A DNA stretch of 64,000 nucleotides from Bacteroidales bacterium. Its GTDB lineage: Bacteria; Bacteroidota; Bacteroidia; Bacteroidales; WRLA01. The translations under genes were made by a program, and so were the position numbers. Positions 16,180-26,093 of the stretch are shown here, piece by piece. A model generated the notes under the pieces. That model had not been told where the DNA came from. It worked only from the letters and a program-made list of their open reading frames with translations, and did not search any database. The DNA is taken from NCBI GenBank assembly GCA_965230045.1, contig OZ245940.1, positions 1,999,403-2,063,402 of the forward strand, given 5' to 3'. Position 1 is the first letter of the stretch; every line of letters begins with the position of its first letter.

Positions 16180-17037
16180 TTAGTCATTATTTTTATCTGA
16201 TTTCGACATCACTTTACGTGGACGTTTTTTGCGCTTGGGCTGGTCATCGTCGTCATCTTCCTCAGCAACTGCTGCTTTCTTTTCTTCTGCTTCCTCCTGT
16301 TCGGCAGCTAGCTCGGCAGCCTGGTCTGCAGCACGCTTTTCACGTTCCACTTTGCGTTCGTCAAGACCTTCCTGAATTGCCTGAACCATAATTTTGATGA
16401 TAATGGCAATGGATTTGCTGGCATCGTCATTGGCAGGAATTGGGAAATCAATGAGTTGCGGGTTAGAATTGGTATCAACAATAGCGAAAGTAGGAATATT
16501 GAGTTTCTTTGCTTCATGAACAGCAATGTGTTCTTTGCTGATATCAACGATAAAAATAGCAGCCGGCAAACGGTTTAGGTCGGCAATACTACCAAAGTTT
16601 TTTTCCAGTTTCTGGCGTTCGCGCTGAATTTGCAGGCGCTCGCGCTTGGAAAGGTTATTGTAGTTGTCTGTCTCAACCAGTTTGTCGATGGAGGTCATTT
16701 TCTTAACAGCTTTGCGGATTGTTGCAAAGTTGGTAAGCATACCGCCGGGCCAACGCTCAGTAGCGTAAGGCATATCCACTTTTTTAACTTCCTGGGCTAC
16801 GATGTCTTTTGCTTGTTTTTTTGTTGCAACAAACAAAACTTTTTTACCTGATTTGGCTACCTGCTTCAGTGCAGCTGCAGCTTCTTCTATTTTTGCTGCG
16901 GTTTTGTAGAGGTCAATGATGTGGATACCATTGCGTTCCATAAAAATATATGGCGCCATGTTGGGGTTCCACTTACGTTTAAGGTGGCCAAAGTGTACAC
17001 CTGCTTCCAGTAATTCTTCGAAATTTGCTCTTGCCAT
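16180..17037 (-). CDS. rpsB: 30S ribosomal protein S2 with a charged C-terminal extension
   Basis: LLEAGVHFGHLKRKWNPNM...IVDTN motifs. The tail is rich in E/A/D/K. Confidence 0.97.
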   Translation of the reverse strand: MARANFEELLEAGVHFGHLKRKWNPNMAPYIFMERNGIHIIDLYKTAAKIEEAAAALKQVAKSGKKVLFVATKKQAKDIVAQEVKKVDMPYATERWPGGMLTNFATIRKAVKKMTSIDKLVETDNYNNLSKRERLQIQRERQKLEKNFGSIADLNRLPAAIFIVDISKEHIAVHEAKKLNIPTFAIVDTNSNPQLIDFPIPANDDASKSIAIIIKIMVQAIQEGLDERKVEREKRAADQAAELAAEQEEAEEKKAAVAEEDDDDDQPKRKKRPRKVMSKSDKNND

Positions 17038-17136
17038 GTTTACTTTCTTTAATTAGCAACGACCAAGTAGTCTCCTAAAGGAAAGTCTTAACCGTTTAGA
17101 TGCTAAACATAATTGAATAAAAAGTGAATAATTTGA

Positions 17137-17523
17137 TTAACGCTTGCTGAACTGGAATTTCTTCCTTGCTTTTGGTTGACCAGGCTTTTTGCGTTCTACC
17201 ATACGTGGGTCACGACGCATCAAACCATTTGCTTTCAGTACAGGGCGATATTCAGGGTCGATTTCGCAAAGTGCGCGGGAAATTGCAAGACGAAGAGCTT
17301 CGGCCTGACCTGTGATTCCGCCACCATCGAGGTTGACTTTAATATCGTATTTGCCTGTAGTTTCAGTCAAAACAAAAGGTTGTTCAACAACTTTGTGCAG
17401 TGTAGGCACACTGAAATATTCTTTGTAATCTTTCTTATTAATGGTAATCTTGCCTTCGCCCTCGGACATATAAATACGGGCTACAGCAGTTTTACGTCTG
17501 CCTAATGTATTAATGTACTCCAT
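17137..17523 (-). CDS. rpsI: 30S ribosomal protein S9
   Basis: GRRKTAVARI...GGGITGQAEA...PRMVERKKPGQPKARKKFQFSKR. Confidence 0.97.
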   Translation of the reverse strand: MEYINTLGRRKTAVARIYMSEGEGKITINKKDYKEYFSVPTLHKVVEQPFVLTETTGKYDIKVNLDGGGITGQAEALRLAISRALCEIDPEYRPVLKANGLMRRDPRMVERKKPGQPKARKKFQFSKR

Positions 17524-17525
17524 TG

Positions 17526-17984
17526 TTATTGCTTAATTGTACTTAAATCAACTTCTTTTGGTTGCTGACCCTGGTGAGGGTGTTCCGTACCTGCATAAAC
17601 ATACAGGTTCTTGAAGATCGCACGTCCAAGCTTGTTCTTGGGGAGCATACCTTTAATGGCATGACGAAGGATTTCTTCCGGACGGCTTTTCATCAGCTCA
17701 TCAGCTGTACGGCTGCGCTGGCCTCCGGGGTAACCCGTATGACGGATATACTCTTTCGTTTGCATTTTGTTCCCGCCGAATACAACTTTGTCGGCATTGA
17801 TCACGATCACATTGTCGCCACAGTCGGCATGTGGAGTAAAGCTGGGCTTATATTTCCCACGCAACATTTTGGCTACCGTTGTGGATAAACGGCCTACCGT
17901 GGCATTCTCTGCATTAACAATAACCCACTCTTTTTGAGCAGTTTCCTTGTTTGCACTGATTGTTTTGTAACTTAACGTATTCAT
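17526..17984 (-). CDS. rplM: 50S ribosomal protein L13
   Basis: WVIVNAENATVGRLST..AKMLRGK...FTPHADCGD..VVINA. Directly upstream of rpsI. Confidence 0.97.
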   Translation of the reverse strand: MNTLSYKTISANKETAQKEWVIVNAENATVGRLSTTVAKMLRGKYKPSFTPHADCGDNVIVINADKVVFGGNKMQTKEYIRHTGYPGGQRSRTADELMKSRPEEILRHAIKGMLPKNKLGRAIFKNLYVYAGTEHPHQGQQPKEVDLSTIKQ

Positions 17985-18130
17985 TTAACCTCTAAATTTC
18001 TTTTTATAATTAGCCTATAAGGGCTCAAAAAGGGCTGCAAAGGTAGATATATTTTTTGATTTAACAAACAGACTCCAAATTATTTGCAGAAATTTTCATC
18101 AAAGCATTTTCTACCTGCATACCAGCATAG

Positions 18131-18158
18131 AAAAAGGCCACCTCGCGGCGGCCTTTTC
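18131..18158 (-). terminator. Rho-independent terminator downstream of tRNA-Gln
   Basis: On the minus strand: aaaaggccgcc-gcga-ggtggcc followed by TTTTT. Confidence 0.6.
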
Positions 18159-18160
18159 TG

Positions 18161-18233
18161 TTGTCCCATTAGGGCTCGAACCTAAACTCTTCTGAACCAA
18201 AATCAGACGTGTTGCCAATTACACCATGGGACA
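18161..18233 (-). tRNA. tRNA-Gln (anticodon UUG)
   Basis: Folded by hand. Acceptor TGTCCCA/TGGGACA (U1-A72), D stem GTGT/ACAC, anticodon stem TCTGA/TCAGA with loop TTTTGGT (anticodon TTG), T arm TTAGG-TTCGAGC-CCTAA. CCA is not encoded. Confidence 0.9.
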
Positions 18234-18460
18234 TCCCGTTTCATTGATTTGGGATTGCAAAAGTACTGCTTTTTGTGAATCATCCAAATGTTTTTTTGGA
18301 TTTTTTGAAGTTTTTTCCGGAATTCCAAAAGCTGATGGCTCTTAATATTTCTTAAAAGCGAAATCTGCCAATCCTCTTCATACATTTTTTTTTATTTTCG
18401 CAGGCATATTCGTATAATACAGCCAGATGATCTGGCTCAATTTTAAAACTGTTTCCCGGA

Positions 18461-21400
18461 ATGAAAGATTTCAAATTCCTTAACAATGTTACCGGTTGGG
18501 TAGTTTTTCTTATCGCAACCCTCGTCTATTTTATGACTCTGGAACCTACTGCCAGCTGGTGGGACTGTGGCGAATACATCGCAACGGCCTATAAGCTACA
18601 GGTGGGACACCCTCCGGGAGCTCCTTTGTTTCAATTGTTGGGTCGCTTCTTCTCCCTTTTCGCTTTTGGGAATACTGCCAATGTGGCGATGATGATCAAT
18701 GCGATGTCTGCTTTATCCAGTAGCTTTACCGTGCTTTTCCTTTTCTGGATTATCACAATGCTGGCAAAAAAAGCACTTAGCATTAAAGAAGATAGTTTTT
18801 CTTTTGATCAGCAACTTATGGTGCTTGCTGCAGGTGTTGTGGGCGCCCTCGCTTACACATTCTCCGATTCATTTTGGTTTTCTGCTGTTGAAGGTGAAGT
18901 CTATGCCATGTCGGCCTTTTTTACAGCACTCACGTTTTGGGCTATACTGAAATGGGAAGCCGTAGCTGATCTGCCGCACGCTAGCCGTTGGCTGCTTTTT
19001 ATCTCATATCTCGTTGGTTTAACTATTGGTGTGCACTTGCTGAACCTTCTGGCAATTCCGGCAATTGCATACATTATATATTATAAAAAGTATCCTGAAT
19101 TCAGCTGGAAAGGTTTTTTTGTGACCGGTGCCCTTTCAATTGTTGTGTTGGCTTTTATTATGTATATCATCATCCCGGGAACGGTAAAACTGGCCGGTAA
19201 TTTTGAGCTGTTCTTTGTCAACAGTATGGGTCTGCCATTTAATTCAGGTACAGTGGTTTTCTTTATGCTGCTTATCGGCCTGATCGTTTTTGGCCTGCAC
19301 TATACGGTGAAACATAAGCATGCTATGGCCAATATGGTTATCCTCGGATTTACCTTTATTTTAATTGGTTATTCATCCTTCTTTATTTTGGTAATTCGTG
19401 CTAATGCCAATACGCCCATCAATGAAAACGACCCCAAAGACGCAATTAGCTTACTGTCATACCTAAACAGGGAACAATATGGCTCCTGGCCGCTGCTCAA
19501 AGGGGAGTATTTCAATTCACCTATTAAAGAATATGGCGACAGAAGCCCTATTTACATTAAGGATTACAAAGAAGGAAAATACATTATCACCGATGACCGC
19601 AAAAATACGGTGCCAATTTATGATGACCGGTTCACAACCATTTTCCCGCGTATGTGGAGCAACCAAAAACCCGTACATGAGCAGGATTATAAAGAATGGG
19701 CTGATATCAAAGGTGTTCCGATTACTTATACAAAACCGGATGGTACTAAAGAGACGGTAATCAAACCTACTTTTGGTGAAAACCTGAAATTCTTTTTCCG
19801 TTATCAGATCGGGCATATGTACTTAAGGTATTTCCTCTGGAATTTCAGCGGAAGGCAAAATGATATCGAAGGCCACGGAAGCATTACCGATGGCAACTGG
19901 ATAACAGGCATTAATGCGCTCGACCGCATGCGTCTGGGCAATCAGGCCGATTTGCCGCATTCCAAACAAAATCCGGCCAACAACAAATTTTATTTGCTGC
20001 CACTTTTGCTTGGGCTGATTGGTTTCTTTTTCCACATCAACCGCGACGGGAAAAATGCCTGGGTTGTTGGCTTGCTTTTCCTGATGACCGGTTTGGCAAT
20101 TGTGGTATATCTAAACCAGCAACCGCATCAGCCGCGCGAAAGGGATTATGCCTATGCTGGTTCCTTTATGGCCTATACCATTTGGATTGGCCTGGGAACA
20201 CTGGCCATTGCCCGTCAACTGGCTCAACTCATGAATAAAAAGCTTGCCGTAGGCATCACATTCGTTGCCACCTTGCTGCTCGTCCCAGGCCTTATGGCTG
20301 CTGAAGGTTGGGACGATCACGACAGAAGCGGAAAAACGGCTGCACGTGATTACGCCATTAACTACCTGAATTCCTGTGCGCCCAATGCCATCCTGTTTAC
20401 CAATGGCGATAACGATACTTTTCCATTGTGGTACGCACAAGAAGTGGAAGGAATCCGTCCCGATGTGCGTGTCGTAAATTATATGCTTTCCGGTGGCGCC
20501 TGGTATGTGCATCAACTACAGCGGAAAGTGTATGATTCTGATCCATTGCCGCTTACATTGCGCCCCGATCAGTATGATAAAGGGATCAACGATGTGGTCC
20601 CCGTTATGGATATGAATGCACGCGGTGTTTATGTGCCTGTGAAAGACGCCGTGGATTTTATTGCCAACGATAAAAACAAACGCGACCTGGGCATGGGGCA
20701 AAAACTGGCTTTCCTTCCAGTTAAAAAACTTCGCATTCCGGTAGATAGCGCTAAAGTTGTGGACAATGGCACTGTTCCTTTGGATAAAGCCGGCGCTGTT
20801 GTCGATCAAATCGACTTCGATGTGAAAAAGCGCCTGCTCTATAAAAACGACCTGATGCTGCTCGATCTTATCGCTAGCAACAATTGGGAGCGCCCGATTT
20901 ATTTTGCCAACCCTTCAAGCGTTAGCGATGTGCTGGATGTGGATGACTACTGCCACCTCGAAGGTTTTGTTTATCGCCTGAAACCCTATAAAGCCGATCA
21001 CCATATCCGCAGGTTAGGTGGTATTGATGCCGATACATCCTTTAAAATCCTGACTGAAAATTGTCAGTGGGGCAATCTGGAAAAACCGGATATCGCAGTG
21101 GACCGTGAAAGTATGCGCAACAGCATCATTCCGAAACAGAATTTTATGCGCATCGCGGAAGCCCTGATTAAGGAAAACAAACCGGAGCAGGCAAAAGCGA
21201 TTCTTGATACCTGCATCTATTATTTCCCGGATGAGAAATTCCCCTTTGATTATTTCCTGTCCTCAGTGGCCGATATGTACTACCATGTTGGAGATACTGC
21301 CGGTGGCGATTACGTCGTTGAGCGTATCTTCAATAATTATGCTGATGATGTGGAATACTACCACAGCCTGAAAGAACCATTTTTTGAACTGTATTTCCAG

Positions 21401-21535
21401 GATATGCAGCGTAGTTTGGGTACGGTACAAAATCTTGTGCAGATGACCGAACGCAATAAACGTACCGCACTAAATGAAAAAATGACTGCCTGGTTGGATG
21501 AGGAGATCGCCCGACTGAGTGTCATGGGACAATAA
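18461..21535 (+). CDS. DUF2723-type large polytopic membrane protein (putative glycosyl/mannosyl-transferase-like)
   Basis: N-terminus TLEPTASWWDCGEYIATAYKLQVGHPPGAPLFQLLGRFF is characteristic of DUF2723. It has many TM segments and a large C-terminal soluble domain. Confidence 0.8.
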   Translation: MKDFKFLNNVTGWVVFLIATLVYFMTLEPTASWWDCGEYIATAYKLQVGHPPGAPLFQLLGRFFSLFAFGNTANVAMMINAMSALSSSFTVLFLFWIITMLAKKALSIKEDSFSFDQQLMVLAAGVVGALAYTFSDSFWFSAVEGEVYAMSAFFTALTFWAILKWEAVADLPHASRWLLFISYLVGLTIGVHLLNLLAIPAIAYIIYYKKYPEFSWKGFFVTGALSIVVLAFIMYIIIPGTVKLAGNFELFFVNSMGLPFNSGTVVFFMLLIGLIVFGLHYTVKHKHAMANMVILGFTFILIGYSSFFILVIRANANTPINENDPKDAISLLSYLNREQYGSWPLLKGEYFNSPIKEYGDRSPIYIKDYKEGKYIITDDRKNTVPIYDDRFTTIFPRMWSNQKPVHEQDYKEWADIKGVPITYTKPDGTKETVIKPTFGENLKFFFRYQIGHMYLRYFLWNFSGRQNDIEGHGSITDGNWITGINALDRMRLGNQADLPHSKQNPANNKFYLLPLLLGLIGFFFHINRDGKNAWVVGLLFLMTGLAIVVYLNQQPHQPRERDYAYAGSFMAYTIWIGLGTLAIARQLAQLMNKKLAVGITFVATLLLVPGLMAAEGWDDHDRSGKTAARDYAINYLNSCAPNAILFTNGDNDTFPLWYAQEVEGIRPDVRVVNYMLSGGAWYVHQLQRKVYDSDPLPLTLRPDQYDKGINDVVPVMDMNARGVYVPVKDAVDFIANDKNKRDLGMGQKLAFLPVKKLRIPVDSAKVVDNGTVPLDKAGAVVDQIDFDVKKRLLYKNDLMLLDLIASNNWERPIYFANPSSVSDVLDVDDYCHLEGFVYRLKPYKADHHIRRLGGIDADTSFKILTENCQWGNLEKPDIAVDRESMRNSIIPKQNFMRIAEALIKENKPEQAKAILDTCIYYFPDEKFPFDYFLSSVADMYYHVGDTAGGDYVVERIFNNYADDVEYYHSLKEPFFELYFQDMQRSLGTVQNLVQMTERNKRTALNEKMTAWLDEEIARLSVMGQ

Positions 21536-21589
21536 AAAAACTGATAAAAAGATTAGAGGTCAGTAGATAAGTACATAGAATGATTTATG

Positions 21590-21785
21590 CTCGTGAATAA
21601 ATAGATTTCTCCTCCCGCTGGTCGTCGAAATGACTGTTTACTAATTGTTTGGGCAAAGGCGGCTTACGGTCACTGAGCGTCCTGTGGTGAGCGTAGCCGA
21701 ACCAAGTCGAAGTGCGCCGCCTTTGCCACTTGAACACAACAAAAGGTCATTTCGATGCCGAAGTTTCGGCAGAGAAATCTATGTT
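21590..21785. repeat. Core hairpin repeat (the same core as inside MITE family B) nested in the IS
   Basis: Concentric inverted repeats tagatttctc/gagaaatcta, tcgaaatgac/gtcatttcga and ggcaaaggcggc/gccgcctttgcc surround the module ggtcactgagcgtcctgtggtgagcgtagccgaaccaagtcgaagtgcgcc. Confidence 0.75.
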
Positions 21786-22232
21786 ACTCAATAACAAATT
21801 CAGCAGTTCCGCATTAAAAAAGCCTAACTCGTAAGGCCGTGAAAATAAAGGGGATAATAATTTAGGTCAGAAATATTTTTCGCACTATTTTTGCACGCAA
21901 TTGGCCTGACACCTTCAATAACATTTACTAAGGCGTAAGTTGTTGATTATAAATTAGTTAACCACAAACAGGCGAATGACCGCCATTCCTAGGGGATGTG
22001 GGTTTCATGTTTTTTTAATTAAAAAACGCCGGGGCTAAGCCACGTATACCGGCGTTTTTGTTTACCGCTAAGATACTGCAATTCAGCGAAATGACCAAAA
22101 TTTTTATCGTTTTTTTGTTATATTTTTGCAATTATTTTCTATACTTCGTATATTATATAGAAGACGGAAAAATTGAGAAAAAGGGCTAGGTGCAAAGCCA
22201 AAATCGAATTGCACCAAATTTTCACCTTCACA

Positions 22233-23519
22233 ATGCAGGTGAGTATAACCATCAAGCGGCATTTCCCGGATTTTTTGAATCTTCTCGCCCAAGTAAGCGA
22301 TCAGCGCAAACAACCAATTTACAAAGTTGAGGAATTATTGATGGCAGTAGTAGCGATGTTCCTTTTTAAGCGTGGTTCCAGAAACCATGCAGACAACACC
22401 GCTAGAAAAGGAAGCTATTGTTTTAATTTTGAAAGGCTTTTCGGTTGTAGGCTGCCCGATCTGGACACTTCCAACAGACTGCTTAAACAACTGGACCCAA
22501 AAGAATTGGAAGAGATAAAGCGAAAGATGGTACAGCTGCTCTTAAGAGCGAAAGTATTGAATAAATACAAACTCTTTGGGCTCTATCACCTTATTGGGAT
22601 TGATGCCACAGGAACTCATAGTTTTGACTACGAACCTTATCCCGAATGTCCTTATAAAACATACAAGAGCGGAAAGCGGACATGGACAGCCTATGTACTG
22701 GAAGCAAAGATTATGTGTGGAAACGGATTTAGTTTTTCAATGGCTACTGAATGGGTCAAAAACCCCATAAACCAAGATTATGAAAAACAGGATTGTGAAC
22801 TAAAGGCCTTTAAACGGCTCAGCAAAAAGATCAGGCAGATGTATCCACGCCTACCGATCGCCATTGCGGCCGATGGACTGTACCCCAACGATAATGTCTT
22901 TAAAACTTGCGCTTCCAACCAATGGCGGTTTATCATCACCCTTAAAGATGGCAACCTTCCCAGCATATGGGAGGAAGTAAACCTGCTCAAAAAAGCAGGT
23001 GCCCTTGCTACAGAAAAAAACTATGACATCCATGGGCAGCACAAAATCTCCACCGAATATTGTTTTCTTAACAGTATTGCTTATAAAACACACAATATCA
23101 ACTTTTTGGAAACACAAATTGTCACAACGGCCATACAAAATAACGAGCTGCCTGTTAAAGAGCGTTTTGTCCATATTACTGATTTAGAGGTTACAAACAA
23201 AAATGCTAAAACCATAAGTGATTACGGGCGTTTAAGATGGAAAATTGAAAACGAAGGCTTTAATGCACAAAAAAATTCTGGCTATAATCTATCGCACAAA
23301 TACTCTAGAACATCGTTTTGCGCAACCCAGAATTATTATCAATGCTTGCAAATAGCCCACATGATAAATCAATTGGCACATAAATCCCAGCGCGTCCAGA
23401 AAATGATATCAAGCCATGATTCTTTGAAATCCTTCGAGGAATGCATTATAGTTTTATTGATTGCAGGTAATCTTACTGATTTTCCCACGCCAAACTTTAA
23501 CTGCCAGATGAGATACTGA
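22233..23519 (+). CDS. DDE transposase (IS4-like superfamily)
   Basis: LIGIDATGTHSF, IAADGLYPNDNVF and LRWKIENEGFNAQKN..YNLSH are typical DDE_Tnp_1 segments. ATG at 22233 is preferred over the TTG at 22173. Confidence 0.85.
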   Translation: MQVSITIKRHFPDFLNLLAQVSDQRKQPIYKVEELLMAVVAMFLFKRGSRNHADNTARKGSYCFNFERLFGCRLPDLDTSNRLLKQLDPKELEEIKRKMVQLLLRAKVLNKYKLFGLYHLIGIDATGTHSFDYEPYPECPYKTYKSGKRTWTAYVLEAKIMCGNGFSFSMATEWVKNPINQDYEKQDCELKAFKRLSKKIRQMYPRLPIAIAADGLYPNDNVFKTCASNQWRFIITLKDGNLPSIWEEVNLLKKAGALATEKNYDIHGQHKISTEYCFLNSIAYKTHNINFLETQIVTTAIQNNELPVKERFVHITDLEVTNKNAKTISDYGRLRWKIENEGFNAQKNSGYNLSHKYSRTSFCATQNYYQCLQIAHMINQLAHKSQRVQKMISSHDSLKSFEECIIVLLIAGNLTDFPTPNFNCQMRY

Positions 23520-23774
23520 AACTAAAAAAACAGAGAACCCCTGCTCAGACATTCAGGGCAAAACCTATTAACAAAAAAAGGAGGTAATTTTTTAAGTCAT
23601 AATGATGAAGGCAACTGGCTAAATGCTGGCAGGTAAAACTATGCCCAATAGTTTCAATGCCAAATGATCTTTCTATGAAAATAACTTCTTGCGGAATTGC
23701 TGAACAAATTATTATCGTTTTTGTGATTTGCCAAAACTAATATGCACCTACATGCTGACCTCTAAAAAAGATTT

Positions 23775-23806
23775 AAAATCCGGTATCTGATGTGCCGGAT
23801 TTTTTT
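23775..23806 (+). terminator. Rho-independent terminator, probably the original terminator of the DUF2723 gene displaced by the IS
   Basis: aaaatccgg-tatctgatgtg-ccggatttttttg. It lies immediately after the right TSD copy. Confidence 0.65.
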
Positions 23807-23978
23807 GTCTATGCTAAAAGCATGCTTCATGCCGCTATAAATTCCTGTATCCATGATTTTAGGAAGTTTTTGTTCCAATTACCCACTTAACAATATCTTA
23901 AAGGATGCTGAAAATCGTTTGGTTTTTAAGAAATTGTAAACCCTTTTAACATCCGGGAAACCGGATTACTTTTGTGGC

Positions 23979-24605
23979 ATGGAGCATTATATAACAGGTT
24001 TTGTTCTGGGTTTAAGCCTCAGCCTTTCTATTGGGCCTGGGTTCATTGGGATTTTTCAAACGACATTGAACAAAGGATTCCGTTCGGGTTTGAGTTTTGC
24101 AGCCGGAATTTGGATCAGTGATCTATGCGTTTTCCTGATAACCTTCTATTGGGCTTATTTATTGGTTGATAATATTGATAATCAAAGGTTTATTGCTTTG
24201 GTGGGAGGTGTTGTCCTCCTGATTTTTGGTATGCTTTCGTTTTGGCGCACTCCTAAGCTTGATATTCAACACGGTCAAACTGTGCAAAAGGGTAATCTGA
24301 GCTTAATCCGTGGGTTTCTTTTTAATATTGCAAATCCTTTTGCTTATATTTTCTGGTTAGGAATCAGCAGTATAGCAGGGAGTGTTAATGAAGTCCGGGG
24401 TATAGGGGATTATTTTATTTTGTATGCGGGGGTTTTTACAAGCGGTTTTGGGGCTGATATTGTAAAATGTGCGCTTTCCGGCTGGATAAGAAGTCGTTTA
24501 AAGGGAAAAATGATGCTGCGTTTGCACCGGCTTTCCGCTTTGATTATCCTTATGGCCGGCCTTTATATTTTTCTGTTTAAAGGTCTGCTGTTAACGCCTC
24601 ATTAA
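23979..24605 (+). CDS. LysE/RhtB-family amino-acid exporter
   Basis: Six-TM profile. N-terminus ITGFVLGLSLSLSIGPG is typical of LysE translocators. Confidence 0.8.
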   Translation: MEHYITGFVLGLSLSLSIGPGFIGIFQTTLNKGFRSGLSFAAGIWISDLCVFLITFYWAYLLVDNIDNQRFIALVGGVVLLIFGMLSFWRTPKLDIQHGQTVQKGNLSLIRGFLFNIANPFAYIFWLGISSIAGSVNEVRGIGDYFILYAGVFTSGFGADIVKCALSGWIRSRLKGKMMLRLHRLSALIILMAGLYIFLFKGLLLTPH

Positions 24606-25515
24606 ACTCCACGCGCGCCTCCACAGCATAATGGTCGCTCATAAATGACTTTTCAGTTCCGTCCTGATAATCAAATTTCTGAACCTTAAGCTCCATTTGT
24701 TTTATCGTTTTCCTCTGGTCCTTATAAAGAATAAAATCAATGGTTTGACTGTAGTCAACGCCATAGGTAAGAGGATTATCCAGATCGTAGGTTATGTGGC
24801 TGTCTCCGGTCCAGATTCCGCACTGGGCTTCCAGATCCCGGAGCATTGAACCATAATCCCGGCTATGGTCTTCTGCTGTGTTGAAATCTCCGCAAATGAT
24901 CTGGGGATATATATTGATATTGTGGCTCTTCAGTAATTTGTTGTTAAGCTCACTTATCTGTGCCTGCCTTATTTCCTGGTCGCCGGTAGCCTGAAGGTGG
25001 GTTACTGCCAGCTGAAAGTTTTGGTTATTAAAAATGCCCTCAACAAGCAGCCCGCCTTTACGGGCAATACGCTCTATTCCAAAGGATTTTTTGAAACTAA
25101 ATTCCTGTATATTGAACAAAGGGAATTTACTGATGACCCAAAGGCCACTGTTCAATAAAAGCGAGCTGTAATTATTCGCCGGACCATAATCAAAAGGGAA
25201 AATGTCGCTCAGTTCTTTTTGTAAATAACGCCTGATTTGGCTGTCAAATGCTTCCTGAAATACGATAATGTCATATTTGCTGTTTTTCAGGGCTTTAACG
25301 ATTTCTTCAGCGCGTTCCGAACCCGAAGTATAAAGCTGGCAGCCTGGAAGCATATAAATATTCCAGCTGAGTATGCTCAGGTAGTTTCTGCCGGGTTGGT
25401 AATTGTATGTCTCTCGTGGAATTTCTGCTTTGTGGTTGGTCAATGAAACGGGTTTTTGCCAGAAAAGTAAAAACACCATAAAGAAGCAGAATGATAAGGT
25501 TTTTCTTTTGAACAT
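24577..25515 (-). CDS. Endonuclease/exonuclease/phosphatase (EEP) family protein, sphingomyelinase-like, secreted
   Basis: LSWNIYML, IIVFQEAFD, ICGDFNT and SDHYAV motifs, plus an N-terminal signal peptide. Confidence 0.8.
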   Translation of the reverse strand: MFKRKTLSFCFFMVFLLFWQKPVSLTNHKAEIPRETYNYQPGRNYLSILSWNIYMLPGCQLYTSGSERAEEIVKALKNSKYDIIVFQEAFDSQIRRYLQKELSDIFPFDYGPANNYSSLLLNSGLWVISKFPLFNIQEFSFKKSFGIERIARKGGLLVEGIFNNQNFQLAVTHLQATGDQEIRQAQISELNNKLLKSHNINIYPQIICGDFNTAEDHSRDYGSMLRDLEAQCGIWTGDSHITYDLDNPLTYGVDYSQTIDFILYKDQRKTIKQMELKVQKFDYQDGTEKSFMSDHYAVEARVEFNEALTADL

Positions 25516-25719
25516 GCCTGTATATCATTGTTTCGTGCAAAAGTATCATAGGCTTGATAAGCGAACTTAAAGCCTCTGTAACTTTTACTTTATCAATTTC
25601 AGGGCGATGGAGTCTTATGTTTCTTTTTTTTTAAGCATCTCATTACTCAAAAGAATCATCAGCATTCCTTATACTTTTGTGTACATTATAAAATCTTTAT
25701 ATTCAGGTTTTTAATATTT

Positions 25720-26071
25720 GGTTATACTAGGAATTTCGTGGGTCACAATAATGTTTGAAAATAATATGCAGATATTTATTATTGAACATTGGATTCCTAA
25801 CAGATTCCTTCCTACACAAAGCCTTAATCACTTCGTTTGGCTTTGTTACGGTCGGAATGATGCTGTTTATTAGGTGTTTAAGGCAAATGCGGTCTGGTCA
25901 CTGAGCGTCCTGTGGTGAGCGTAGCCGAACCAAGTCGAAGTGCGCCGCATTTGCCTCCTGACTTCATAAAACCGTGTCATTCCAACAAAGTTTCCGAAGT
26001 ATGAGGAAACTTTGGAGGAATCTGTTTGGGATAGCATTCAAGTTTCTTTCCACGAAATTCCGTTTAGAACC
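25720..26071. mobile_element. MITE family B copy 1 (352 bp) with an 8-bp TSD TAATATTT
   Basis: TIR ggttatactaggaatttcgtggg / ccacgaaattccgtttagaacc. TSD at 25712..25719 and 26072..26079. Confidence 0.85.
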
Positions 26072-26093
26072 TAATATTTGTTTTGTCGGCCTG

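Larger units (their letters stand above)
21554..23764 (+). mobile_element. IS4-like insertion element (2211 bp) with an 8-bp target duplication AAAAAGAT
   Basis: TSD at 21546..21553 and 23765..23772. Terminal inverted repeat TAGAGGTCAG / CTGACCTCTA with weaker similarity further inward. Carries a DDE transposase and a nested hairpin repeat. Confidence 0.75.

Noticed and set aside
21798-23710. Inner inverted-repeat pair as the true IS boundaries
   Set aside because: The flanks share at most 4 bp (CAAA), whereas the outer pair has a perfect 8-bp duplication and restores a gene-terminator junction. The inner pair is kept as an alternative in the findings.
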